Assembly: GCF_016433145.1 (NCBI RefSeq)
Contig: NC_058131.1
Location: 268,018,956 to 268,082,955 of the forward strand
From: Gracilinanus agilis
Lineage: Eukaryota
DNA length: 64,000 nt
Direction of reading: 5' to 3'
Below, piece after piece: positions 24,831 to 37,311 of this stretch. The translations under genes were made by a program, and so were the position numbers. How positions within the stretch are numbered: position 1 is the first letter of the stretch; each line of letters begins with the position of its first letter. The notes beneath the pieces were generated by a model that saw only the letters and a program-made list of their open reading frames with translations, was not told where the DNA came from and did not search any database.

Positions 24831-25429
24831 AACGCAATAAGAATGGAAGTCCAAAAAGAAATCAAGAGAAATTTACAGCATGAAAGTGCAGAGCAAAGGC
24901 AGGGACTATAGATTGTGATGATGAACTTATTTTCCTTGATGCCCATTTTTATTTTTCACCTCTGCCCGCACTGATAATCCCCACATTACTATTACAGTTA
25001 TTGATATATTTTATGATTGTCAGATGATGGAAGCAGTTTAAAATGATCCTAGATCATGAGTACGATTCCATTTAGTGCCAAAATATTGCTGGAGCTATTA
25101 GACAGCCCAAGCCTGTCCTCAAATTATCTCTTTTAAAAAAAAATCACATTTAGTTCTCTCTCAAGTAAATATTCTTTCCTTTTTGTGCCTCAATGCAAAT
25201 TGAAGGCCACCATTTCATACTACCCTAATGGTTCTCTATCTTTACATTTCCCAGAAGACTCCCTTTTCTTATTCACTTTTGTGATGGATTCTTCAGAGGA
25301 CTCTCTAGACTTTCAAGGGCCCTCTGAAGAATTACTTTTCTTATGTCCTAGTTTGGGGTCATAAAACCCAAAAGAATCTGAGCCTTCTCCCTAACAAACC
25401 TGATTCTCTATGAGCTACCTTATCCTTAG

Positions 25430-26472
25430 ATGTCAGTTTGTTAAAGTCAGATTCCTTGTTATTGTTAAGACCAAAGGAGACCACCACTGCCTGTGTCACA
25501 GTTTCTCCTACCTAGAGAAGCTACTGAAAGTATTTCACTCATTATTGATTCCCTGAGAGATCAAGGTATTAATATTCCCTTCAAGTCACCTTGTAACATT
25601 CCTATTCTGCCTTTTAGGAAAACCAGGACCTGACAGAAAATTTGCTTTTTTATATCCCATTAGTGCTAATATTTTACCTAGGCATTCAGTAATGCCTAAT
25701 CCAAACACTAATATCTCTTCCATTCCTAGTGATGTTACTTGTTTTACTGTGACAGACCTTTGCTCAGCCTTTTTCAATAATCCCTTTCACTCAGATTCAC
25801 AATACTTGTCTGCCTTTCTTTACCTAGAAGAGGACATAATGACAGTCTCTCTTCAAGGGTAGGTAGAAAGCCCCACCCTGTTCTCCCAGATTTTGTAACA
25901 GGAATTAACCTCTATTACCTTCAAGGACTCTGCTCTGATGCAGTTTGATGATGAACTCTTACTAGAGGCACCCAGTATCCAGACCTACCCAGAAGAGAGC
26001 TGCAAACTTTTTTCCAGCTTCATGGAGAGGTCATAAAGTCTCTAAACTGGAAGTTTAGTGGTGTTTTCCTCAGGTGGAATATCTTGGCTTCATTATTTGC
26101 CAGCAGCTGTTCTGTTTCCCCAAAGCACTTACAGGCTCTCTAGCAACTATCAACTCCAAAGAATAAGAAACAGCTGCATATCATTTTAGCTGTGGCTAGA
26201 CACTGTTACCAGTAAATTCCATCATTCTGATGGGGTTGCTAAACCTCTAACTTTTTTTTACTAAAAATTCTGTTACTGAACCTCTATAGTAGGAACAGCT
26301 AAGTGGCTCAGTGAATTTAGAGCCAGGCAGACAGAAGGCTCTAGGTTCAAATCTGGCCTCAGACATTTTCTAGCTATATTGACACTGGGCAAGTCACTTA
26401 ACTTCCATTCCCTAGCCCTTACTGCCTAGAAAAGTGGTCATAAACAGTATTGATTCTAAGATGGAAGGTAAA

Positions 26473-26505
<33 letters not shown>

Positions 26506-28150
26506 CCTCTTCAACTTGACCCTCAATATCTTACTTCCTTAGTTGAGCTCAAGAAAATCCTGTTATTGCTTCCAGCCCCAGGACTGGCAAAATAAAGAAC
26601 AATAAGCCCTTTTCTCTTTTATTCATGGGCACAAGGAGATGGTCTCTGGTGTCCTTACTTTGCCCCCTTCTCCTCACCCAGTAGTATATTATTCTGTGTG
26701 CCTTGATGTTGTGGCTGCTGCAGCACCTCCCTGCTTATAGGCTATGACCATGTTGTTTTAGTAGAGAAACCTTGTGAATTAGTTCTAATCATGTTATGGC
26801 CCCATGAGATTGAAGACCTTTTATTTTGTCAAGAATCAAGCTTTTTCTGATCAGAGACTTCCTAGATAGGAAGTGAATTTGCTAGGGAAAGAAAATATTA
26901 CTCTTAAGCAATATGCCTTTCTCAACTCTGCTACATTGATCTCCAATCTCTGGAGAGTTACTAACATAAGATTGTTACTCTCTAGTGTACATGGCTGGAA
27001 AACCCTATCATGATCTTTCCGATATCTCTTTGCAGAATCCTGATTATGTGTTGTATGCTGACGAGTTGTCTTTTATGAGGGATAGCATCTGGTACTCAGG
27101 TGCTGCTGTGGTCTCCAACCATGACATCATCTAGGGCAACACCAACTATCTCTTTGTCATCTCATTTCGTAACTGAAGCAGCTGAGTGCTTGCACTCATA
27201 GAAGCCTGCCATTTTACTGACAGGCACAGTGCAACCATCTACACCAACTGTTCTTCATCTCTCCCTTTCTCAAGGAGACAATATGAACCTTGTCTATAAT
27301 ACTGCATACTTGGAAAATGTAAACAACGGTTTAAGGCTAAATAGGTAAATGGGATCTAGATGACTAGAGAAAGAAAGCCACTCCTCATTCAGGGTTTCTA
27401 TCATCAGATATATCTTTCTGTTCATAAGAGGAGCAATTTTGGTACTTGGGGAATTATTGACATAACACCAAGGGTATAGGTAGCCCCAGCCATTACTGTA
27501 GTCATACCTCATTTTACTGCTCCAATTTTTCAGACATATAAACAATATAATTTTTATAAAGTTGCCTTTGTTGGTCACTCTTTAGCTTTTAGTTTATACT
27601 CCCTTTGAATATCTGCAGATTGATTTTATATAGAAGACCAAGTTGGGTCATTATAAAATTTACCTTGTTACTATAGATCAGTTTACTTAGTGGGTAGAAG
27701 CACATTTCCTGATTGTAAAGATATAGCTCATTTTGAGGCTAAAAAGGTTCCCAAAGAGATTTTGCCCCATTATGGCCAGCTGGCATGTGTAGATTCAGAC
27801 AGAGTCAGACACTGATTTAGTTCTATCCCAAATCAATTCTGCTCAATGGATAACTCCTAAATTTCATACCCCCCTTATCATACACAGAATTTAAACCAAT
27901 CTCTAACTAAAACACATAAACAAAGAATTTAAGACTATGACTGGCAAACTGTGTTCTGAAATCCATCTTACATGGCTTAATGTACTCCCTCTTACTTTTA
28001 TATCATCTGTGAAGCAGGCCAAAGAGGGAATTATATATCTTTCCCTATTAGATATTATTTGGACATCCTCCCATAAAAGCAAAATCTTTCTCTGCTGAAT
28101 ATACATCAATCATTATTAGGAGGAGAAACTTCTGTTACTTCTTATATATA
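25430..28150 (+). pseudogene. pol: ERV pol remnant (RT, RNase H, integrase)
   Basis: SPTLFSQIL 25869-25895. QFDDELLL 25941-25964 (decayed QYVDDLLL). GHKVSKLEV*WCFPQVEYLGFII from 26029. RNase H NPDYVLYADELSFMRDSIWYSGAAVVS 27036-27116. IN PFEYLQIDFI 27601-27630. Confidence 0.88.
26291..26503 (+). mobile_element. MAR1-like SINE with A27 tail inserted in ERV pol
   Basis: ggaacagctaagtggctcagtg...ctgggcaagtcacttaac...gattctaagatggaaggtaaagg + poly(A). acctct occurs on both flanks. Confidence 0.9.
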
Positions 28151-29049
28151 GGAACTATAGGGCAGACTGAAAAAATCTCTGTGACATGGGAGCAGAAGTA
28201 CATACTGAGCCTTTAGACTTTACATGATTTCCATTATGGTAAGAGTCTATATTGAGAATTTCCAGAATGACAGAACCCAACTAGCCTAGAAATGCACATT
28301 TCAAGTGATATTGACCACCATGATTACAATCAAGATCTGAGAAAAGGATTCTTGGATACACTGTTCACATGTGAAACCTGCCCTTTGTACCAATACAAAC
28401 TAATGATGTCTCTATGTGGTACCCCTTCCTTAATTAATCTTCTGAAGGAGAAAGAAGTTAGATACCCATAAAGGGAATGGATAATTTTTTCTCTGCCATT
28501 TGTGTTAGGCCTTGTGATTTTTAACATTTAGCAAAACAGGAACAGGACCCTTTCATCCCTCCCCCCCCCACCCCATTTTGATACTATTACCTGCTTTTTG
28601 TCCAGGGTTTCAGCTTAGGCCTTCCTATATTAATGCAGTAAAGAATTTAGCTTTGGGTCAGCTCAAACTGGTGCTTATATGTCAGAGTAACTGGCTTTTT
28701 CTCCTTTGGAACAAAGTCAACTACTACTGATAAAATACCCACAGAGTCAACTATAATCACTGGTGGCAAGACAGGGTCCACCCATAATGATGAAATAGGA
28801 ATGGCCTGGTGGCAGAAATTAAGAGTTTAATAAGACTAACATGGATAAAATGGACATGGACAAAATAACATGGACAAAACTCCTATAACCTCATCAAAAT
28901 CTACAACTATAATCCCTATAAAGCAGAAGGTTTCCATCATTTCAGAAAAGTGTGTCAAGATTAGAAAGGGTAGTTTGCCTTTTATTATTATTATTTTTGC
29001 CAGAGTACTTGTATTTTTATTTGCTATATTATTAGATTTCCTCCCTATT

Positions 29050-30400
29050 GTTTAATTGTGATCCTGACATTATTACTTATAGCCATTTCCTCCCCATCTC
29101 ATCATAATTGGGTACAAAATAATGTCATCATGACATTCATAGTCAAGTGAAATATACTCTAAATAATGCCAAAGCAGCTGGACCCAATGGTTGTTGAATT
29201 TGTCATATTCACTAAACTAGTTCTGACCCATGAAAACCTATACTGATCCAATTTACTGACTCCATTCCACAAATAAAAATTAAGGAAAGTATTAACAGCA
29301 CTTTTTTGTCTTCACTATTTGTAATAACACCTAGAACCTAACTACTTGGAAAAGACCAGTGTCAATGAAAATTAAGATTTAAGTTTCTTCACATTTCAGA
29401 AACTTTCATGGTAACTTTTTAAAACCAGTCCATGACAGTTACTAAGACAAAGATTTTTTCGTTGCCACCTGCACAATCTTTGCTAGATAGATTCCCTCTC
29501 TGAAATAACAGAAGCAAGAGTACAAATACTACTATATTTGTAGAAGATGATATGAAGCAAAGATTTAAGAGGAATTTTAATGACCTCCAATATTAACAAA
29601 TAAGAAGCATTCATTTGTGCTAAAATTCATTTTAAGAGCAATATTCAGTCTAGGAATATCTCTTTTGTAACTCCTACATAAATGGCACTTCAATTCCAGA
29701 GTTAACATGGGAATTAATAACTCCAGGTTAATGTTTTATTTTTGTAGGAACATCCTTCTCTTCTTTCTCCCTAGGTGGTATAATACATGTGGGGTAGACT
29801 ACTAAGTCCCACAACTATCAGTTTATAATCACTCTGTGTGCCTATTTGTAAGGACTACTAGAAATTTGGGGGCACAGTGACATAAGCATAGGAAGAGAGT
29901 AAGCCCCCAAATTCTATAAAGGAATCTATTCATAGGACAGAAATTTCTCTGGTCTCTATTCCCTAATTTTGGAATGGGCTAGAAAATGAAATCAAATAGG
30001 AACATTCTACTAAAATTGAAAAGTGAGTCTAAGAAGCAACACCAATCATTGCTGAAATGTCTAATACTGTTTTCTTCTTTCAAGTGAAATTAATTCTTTA
30101 GCAGAAATGGTTTTGCAGAACTGTTAAATATTCTCCCTACTTCCCAGGGAGGGAAGTGCATTACTATTAACCACTCTTGGTGTCCCAATATAAATAAGGA
30201 GAGACAAATCCCAAAAGAGATAATCATCAATGTCCATGAACCTCAAGGAATTATGAATGAAATTCAGCAAACTGCAATGTACACCCAGGTAGCAGAGATA
30301 GTAATTCATTGTGTAGTTCTTTCTGGATTTTTACATGGCTAACTTGGTTTTCTGGTGGAAGCATTACTGTTGACCATATTTAAGTGAGCTCTTATTGTAG
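29050..30400 (+). pseudogene. env: ERV env remnant
   Basis: SU motif C*ICH (CWIC with TGG>TGA) at 29192-29206. TM immunosuppressive domain SLAEMVLQN 30095-30121, followed after a frameshift by QGGKCITIN from 30145. Confidence 0.8.
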
Positions 30401-30597
30401 TTCTCAAAACTGTCTTTCCACTTTTATTCACTAGTATATATTAATTGTGGTACTAAAGCTTGCTCAAACTTAGCCCCTAATAATATATGCTAATACAAAA
30501 TTATATATATATATATATGGATGTAATCTCACCAGAATTAGCATATATAATGATTAATGGGAGGTATGCTTCCCATGAAATCAAAGGGGGTTAGAAC

Positions 30598-31118
30598 TGT
30601 ACCATCTAACTCCATTTATATCGTGATTATTCTTGCTTTGTGAATTAGGCCTTCTTTATTGTGCTGCAAAATGTTTTGCTGAAGGTGAGTAGGAAATAGG
30701 AGAGTGGTATAGAAGGTACTTCCTCATTTGGAGGTTCCCTGTTTTTGTTTGTCAGAAGCTAGTGCCCTTTTTGGAAGCTTCCTATTTCTATCAGAATTTA
30801 TCATAGCCTGCTAATGTAAAATATCTCATTAATCAAAACCTGTATCTCAGCCATTGAGTAAGAAGACTTGTTAAATCCTCAAGAACTTTCCAATTCTTCA
30901 TTCTCTCCCTTTTTAGGAAATTATCTAATATTTACTCAATATTATGTAAATCTGCTAGGTATTATCAACTATAAAGATGTTTTTGTAAACCTCTAGATGA
31001 CATCCTTGGTTTTTGAGGTGCCTTGTATACAATTTATTGGTAATTGCCAGCTTTGCTAATAAACTGATCATGCTCAGAACTATTGCTTCAGTTTCTTTAT
31101 TGTGGAATTTTTACCTCA
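30598..31118 (+). repeat. 3' LTR of the intronic ERV
   Basis: Starts TGT after the purine tract aaatcaaaggggg, ends ...acctCA, contains AATAAA near 31058. Confidence 0.82.
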
Positions 31119-31276
31119 AAAGTTGCACAATAGCAATATTCTAATATTATATTATTATTCTAAGAATTCTAATAATTTAATATTTAATTTAATACTCTAA
31201 TAATTATATAATGATTGATAATTGTATTATTCTAATAAGATAATATTATTCTATTATGTGTATATATATATATATA

Positions 31277-31441
31277 TATTTTAAAATTAACTCTTCCTTT
31301 CTGTCTTAGAATCAACACTAAGTATCCTCTCCAAGGCTGAAGGGTGGTTAAGTGCTAGGCAACTGGGGTTAAATGACTTACACAGCTGAACCCAAGAGCT
31401 CCCATCTCCAGGCTTGGTTCTCTATCCATTGAGCCACCTAA
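31277..31441 (-). mobile_element. MAR1-like SINE
   Basis: cttcctttctgtcttagaatcaacac...ggcaactggggttaaatgactt...ccattgagccaccta. Confidence 0.75.
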
Positions 31442-31840
31442 TTACAGTCCTACTGTTCCATATTCTTAAAGGTGTACTGTATTTACAGCAGCAGAGGAAA
31501 AAATAGACTAGCTTCTGCCACATGGGCCAGATGAAATTAAACTGAACACCAAATTTTCCCCATTAGTAGTGTGCTAATCCTTAAAGACAGAAAACTGAAG
31601 AAAGCATTTCTGGAATGAAGCAAAGAATCTAGAAGAGCTACACGTGTATACATAAGAAGAAAGCATTTATTAAGTACCTACTCTGTGCTAGGCACTGTGC
31701 CAAGCACATCACAAACAGTATATCATATGAATGAATATGTGGGAAACAGACTCCAGTATCATCTGAGGATGTATATGTATATAAACACATAAGATTTAGA
31801 GAAAAGACATGCAAGTCTAAGATAAAGCAAGAGTACATAC

Positions 31841-32016
31841 CCTAGCTCTTCTCCTGCTTCTATCTGCCGAGTACTGAAGAAAGCAATCCGAGGAAAGCGC
31901 AAATCTTGATGTGACATGAAGACACGCACAGGAATGAGATTGGGCTCACAGAGATGGTTAATAAAACGGCTGATGTTGCCATAGAAACGGGCATCTATGC
32001 AGTAAACTTCTCCATC
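31841..32016 (-). CDS. EHMT1: EHMT1/GLP penultimate coding exon (SET domain)
   Basis: Pyrimidine tract, cag|GAT ... CTA GG|gtatgt. 176 nt. [58 protein letters not shown](G), containing the SET NHxC motif. Confidence 0.97.
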
Positions 32017-32525
32017 CTGGGGTAAGGGGAGAAAAAAAACCATCACATTACATTTTAGGATTATTTGTTTTGGTTTAAAACAACTGAAATAAGTCATTTT
32101 TCAGGGAATACACAAAATCAACCAGGGGGAAGGAAGAATAGCATTAGATGCCTGACAACAACAAAATTCTTTTGAATACCCTTTCAGAATCTGAAAGGTT
32201 TCAATATCTATTGCATTAGCATCTACTCAGAAATATTCCAGAATTGTTGTTTTTGTTGTTGTTGTTTAGTTGCTTTTCAGTCGCTTTCAACTCTTCATGA
32301 CCCCTACTGGGGTTTTCTTGGCAAAGACAATGGAGTTGTTTGCCATTTCATTTTCTAGCTCATTTTATAAGAGATGGCAAAAAAAAAGTTTAAAAACTTC
32401 CATTGTATTGGAGACATTTGGGGAATGTGATATGAATGGGGACTGACTATAAGTGGAAAGAGATAGAAAGAAATAAACAAGGATCTTATACATAAATTTA
32501 CCTTTCATTTATCCATCTACTAGCC

Positions 32526-32714
32526 CAGTGATGGGCAAACTTTTTAAAGAGGGAGCCAAAGGAAAGGAAATGCTCATGTCAGTCTTTTCTAAGGCAATCT
32601 TTTGAAGTTTCATTGTATTCATTGTATTCGTCAGATTAGGAATAATGTCCTGCAGCAGATAGAACATTTCAGGGGGCTGCATCTTGCCCACCAGCCAAAG
32701 TTTGCCCATTGCTG
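32526..32714 (+). mobile_element. hAT-Charlie MITE (OposCharlie1-like non-autonomous element)
   Basis: TIRs cagtgatgggcaaact / agtttgcccattgctg. 8-bp TSD tactagcc (32518-25) / tactagac (32715-22). 189 bp. Family assignment is from memory. Confidence 0.88.
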
Positions 32715-33039
32715 TACTAGACTACGCCTACTTCAAATGAATAATATATTAGGGGTTGAGGTACAAGGTTTAGATTATGATACAAATCCTGATCACAAGG
32801 ATCTTATAATCTATTGTAGTGTGACAGATAAAACACATAGATACATATAATGTACATTATTCATCAACAATCTTTTATTTCTTTTTTTCCCTCCCCCAAC
32901 AAGCATTAAGCATCACCTATGTGGCTAGGCACTATTAGAAGTTTGGGGCATATAATATAAAAAATGAAAGTCTTCCTTCTCAAGGAGCTTGCATTCTATC
33001 AGGTAGACAAAATGTAAAAGGAATAAATGATAAATATTA

Positions 33040-33330
33040 ATTTATTAAATCTCTCATTATTAAGCTTCCTCTTTTCCTTTCTTTCTCATCTCCTCCTATC
33101 ATTCAGGTGCCTTCTGCCACTATTTCCTCCTTTGTCCCTGCTTCAAATGATGAAATGACCTAACTCAATACAAAGGCTAACCTCTCTCATTGTTCAAGAG
33201 ATTCCATTCCATCCTATCTCCTCCAATAGACTGTTCCCCTCTGAAATCTTTTTTCACTTATTTTTTCATTTTAATTTTTTTTAATCCTTACTTTCCATCT
33301 TAGAATCAATACCATGTATGTGTATGTATG

Positions 33331-33361
<31 letters not shown>

Positions 33362-33860
33362 GTATATATATAAATAAAATAAAAATAAAAGTATAAGATG
33401 ACCCCAATTTCCTAGTCCCTCTGGCTAACAACCTAGAGTCAATTTGAATTCTTTACTTAAACTCCTACTCCCCACATCCAATCTGTTGCCAAAGTCTGCT
33501 AATTTAACCTTCACAATATTTCCTGATATCCTTTTGTCATCTGACACTGCCACTTCTCTGGTGCAGGTTCTCATCACCTCATGTCTAGATTATGCAATAT
33601 CCTGATAGTGGGTCTGCCTACCTTAAGTCTCTCCTTACTCCAATCCATCCTCTATTCAGCCACTAAAATGATTTTTCTGAAGTACAGATCTAACCATGTG
33701 ACCACCACTGCCCTCCTCTCAATAAACTCTATTGGCCCCCTATTCCTTCCAAAACCAAACACAGAATTCATAAACCAACCCCTTCTACCTTTCCAGTCTT
33801 CTTAACTTCTAGCACATTCTCTTTGGCCCAGTGACACTGGTCTCTTTGCTGTTTCTGGAA
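33040..33860 (+). mobile_element. L2 fragment (interrupted by a SINE tail and TA repeats)
   Basis: aaggctaacctctc, atctgttgccaaagtctg, ccatcctctattcagccactaaaatgatttttctgaag landmarks. Confidence 0.6.
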
Positions 33861-34299
33861 CTAGAAATTCTCAGTAAAATATGAGATGATATCCCCAACC
33901 AAGAAGGAGAAGAAAGGAGGATATTATGTAATATATACACTAAAGAATTCTAAAATGAAATGTTATATGTAGGACCTCCCCATTTTTAGATTTTGATGCC
34001 TTTTAATTATGACAGCTGGTTAAGGAGATGTCTCTTGTGACATTTAGTATGAAAGTATCAGGTTTTAAATATCATACAAGAAGAGTTTATATCATATCTC
34101 TTGAATTGTAGATCACCCACTGCCTCTAGACTGAAGCCACCAGTCAAAAATAAGAACAGCTGATTCAAACATTCAACAAAGCAGACTGAAGCAGAGTAGC
34201 AGTACTGGATTTATAAAAGACTCATCTATCCTGCTATCTTTCCAAAAAGTACCTCAAAATTTATGGTAACTCTCCCTCCCAAAAGCCAATTTTAAATAC

Positions 34300-35875
34300 A
34301 AAGCTTCAAGAGCCTATATGACCAAAATACAGACAACAAAAAAGAAAAACTAGCAATCCTAAAGCAAAGGGACAATACAGGTTATCACTAAGAGTGGGAT
34401 GAAATTCATGCTCAAAATGATCATATTTTATTCAAAGAAGATTATGATAGGTAAAAGGGGCAGGGGTAGAGTAAAGTTGTATATTAACAAGATATACTCC
34501 TATGAGGAAATCCAGTAAACAGAGGCAAAGAGTAAGATGGAAAACATTTGTGTAAAAGTCAAAAGAAAAAAAGAAATAGAAGTGAATTTCTCATTACAGA
34601 AAGAAGAAATAGATGAGGGAACTAGGGAACAGATCACAAGCCAGATCCAGGGGCCTGAGAGAGTAGTAATGGGAATATCCAGTAATTATCTAGTTATCTT
34701 CTGGAGCTTAGTGCCAAAAGCAGAGCAGCATAACTTCTTGATTTGTCTTAGTGTTAATTTCAACCTTCAAAAGGTGGAGGAACCAAGAAGGGAATTCTAT
34801 TCTGATTTGATTCTTATCAACTGGAAGAAACCAGTTTTTGGAATACCAAAGTGTGAACTTTAAAGGAAATGATCACTCAATCCTAAACTTTATGAATGCA
34901 GATTTCAAGGGGACCCAGGAGAAAGGTAGGATCCTATGGATTAAAATGCTTCAGGGAAAATCAGTATAGGAGGAATGGGAAATACTCAATGAAATTCTAA
35001 AGACACTAATGGAAACAATTCCAATAAGGAGAAAAAAATGGATTGTTTGAAAAGAATGAAATGGATAGACAGGGAACTCATCAACAAACCTAGATTTAAA
35101 AAGGAAATATTTAAGTGGCTAAAAAGAAGTTAGGCAACAGAAGACAAACATGAGTAATGAAGAGCCTTATATAAAAAGAACAGAAATGCTTACCCTCAGA
35201 ATGAACTGAGGGAAGTTAGGACAATGGAAAAGGGCCGTTATTGTTGTTTTTAACTATATTGGGAGAAAAGGGATCAAAGAAGGTGAGGAGCTTTGCTTGG
35301 GTGAGGTAAAAATGATCACTGACAAGAGTGAAAAGGTACTCTTATTTCATTTGCTTTCTTTCCAAAGAAGAATAATCTTTACATTGGTAATGACAGAACA
35401 AAACTGACTAATACTTAAGATAAGACAGAGGATACAAGTCATCCAACCAGAGGAAGACATTTTCTGGTCCTGAAAGAACTGGCAGAGGTGATTGCTGAGT
35501 CACTGCCAATGATATCTGAACAATCGAGAGAAGCAGAAGAGGCAGCCCAAGAGTGGAAAATATTCTCATTTTGAAGACAACAGAATCTGCATACAATAGG
35601 CCAATGAGCTTGACTAAATTTCCTGGGAAATTCAAGAATGGATCATTAAAGAGATGGTTAGAAAATAATTAGGAAGGGAAGCAGTGATTTAAAAAAGAAT
35701 CAGAGTGGATTCATCAAGAACAGTCATGCTAGATTAACTTAATTTCCTTTTCTGACTGTACGGTGTTGTAGCCAAATAAGTAAATATGTCATAGGGCTGC
35801 ATTAGGAGGGGCAAAACTTCCAAGAATAAAACTTCCAGGGTGAAAATTTCATTGCATCATGTCTTCTCAGACCTC
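34300..35875 (+). mobile_element. L3/CR1 LINE (endonuclease to RT), left part
   Basis: Degenerate CR1 motifs in order: GITETWWD-like near 34380, GGVALY-like near 34470, NVxPIFK...RPxSLT..PGK..E.IIK near 35555-35650, and GFxKNRSC..NLISF near 35705-35750. Confidence 0.8.
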
Positions 35876-36629
35876 ATGCCAGTCAATCAGTCAAAAAACA
35901 TTTAGTTCATCAAATACTACGTACCACATTAAGCATTGCATATACAATTAAGTTAAAAAAAAAAAGCCATTGCAGATCTTGAGGAGTTCACTATTTAATG
36001 GAGGAGGCAACATGCAAACAACTACATCCAAACAAGATATGTGCAGGACAAACTGGAGATAATTTTGGAAGGCACTAAGATTTAGGAGGTCTGAGAAAGG
36101 CTTCTAGCAGAAGATGAGACTTTAGCCAAGACTTAAAGGAAGTCAGGAGATGAGCGAGAACATTCCAGGAATGAAACACAGTAATGAAAATAGCTGGAGT
36201 CATGAAATGGTGTGTTGTGTGCAAGGCCAATGTTATTGGATAACAGAGAATAAGGTGTAATAAGATCAGAAAGGTCTGAAGGGGCTGGGTTGTGAAGGCA
36301 TTCAAAGCCCAAGAAAGGATTTTATATAAGATCTTGGAGGTGAAAAGGAGCTACTAGAATTGCCTGAATAGGGAAGTGATATAGTCAAATCTGCATTTAA
36401 AGATCTATTAGACAGCTGATTGGATGATGGACTAGAGTGGGGAAATGTTTAGGCAGGGAGATTAGCCAGTAAACAACTGCAAATTCTAGACATAAGATAA
36501 TGAGGGCCTGCCCCAGGGTGGTAATTATGGTAAACGATTTTATGAAGGTAAAATGGCAGAACTTGGCAACTAATTGGATGTGGGAGGGAGGAGTAGAGAG
36601 TTGAAGATAAGCCCAGGTACCTTCAACAA

Positions 36630-37208
36630 TGGAATCTAGAGTCCCCAAACTTGTGGCTTAGTGAGATCTGATGAACCCCAAGTTTTAGAAATAGCTTATA
36701 AATTGGAGACCCCAAAGCTTGTGCTTGTTCCCTGTTCATGAGAATCCACCCTGAAGGGAATCTCAGACTAGCAGTTGCAGACTGAATAATGGACCCCAGG
36801 GTAAATGCTAAATACCCTTTTGTCTTGGGTAGTCTTCCTCATAGTATCTGAGACCCTAACCTAGGAGGACACACCTGGGCAGGGACCATCCTTTGGAATC
36901 CATTGTGTAAGCAGCCCCATCCCTTACACCCTAGCCTCTAGCTATGATTCCTTTCCCAAGCTTGATTGTATCCAGTCAGTATAAAGTCAATCATCTCTCC
37001 CAGCCCCTGGATCTTCCCAAATGGTATCGTCATCTAGCTAGGTGGCACTCCCAAGGGGATCAGGGAGCAGAGCGAAGCAGTGTTCATTTAGACTCTGCAC
37101 AAGGCGCAGCTCTGCAAAAAAGGCCAGGTAGCCCTCATCCCCCTTTCCCTTGATTAAAGAGTGATTTTATGACTATTTAATAGTTCTGCGTTTTTTTCTA
37201 AGTTAACA
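36630..37208 (+). mobile_element. Solo LTR (about 580 bp) inside L2
   Basis: TATA-like gtataaag near 36980, ATTAAA near 37153, ends ...gttaaCA, after which the L2 resumes. Left boundary approximate and no clean TSD. Confidence 0.6.
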
Positions 37209-37311
37209 GAAGTTTGAAAGGAAGAGGGTTTGGGGAAAAGATAATTAATTCAATTTTGGATACATCAAACTTGAGATGTCCAATATACAGTTGAAGATGT
37301 AAGACTAGAGG

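Larger units (their letters stand above)
22307..31118 (+). mobile_element. Decayed full-length class I (ERV1) provirus in the last EHMT1 intron, antisense to the gene
   Basis: Two homologous LTRs of about 510-520 bp, a tRNA-Arg-like PBS, gag (MA, CA, CCHC) motifs, RT/RNase H/IN motifs, env SU CxxC and TM immunosuppressive domain, and a PPT, all in canonical order. All frames are disrupted. Confidence 0.9.

Noticed and set aside
31140-31280. Extremely AT-rich stretch after the 3' LTR
   Set aside because: Low-complexity (TAA/TA) decay with no consistent unit or structure.
31841-32016. Possibility that the SET exons are EHMT2/G9a
   Set aside because: The C-terminal tail [10 protein letters not shown]...[12 protein letters not shown] and adjacency to CACNA1B identify EHMT1.
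31759-32097. 112-aa ORF treated as a standalone gene
   Set aside because: Only 31841-32016 is coding. The flanks are intron read-through bounded by clear AG and GT sites.
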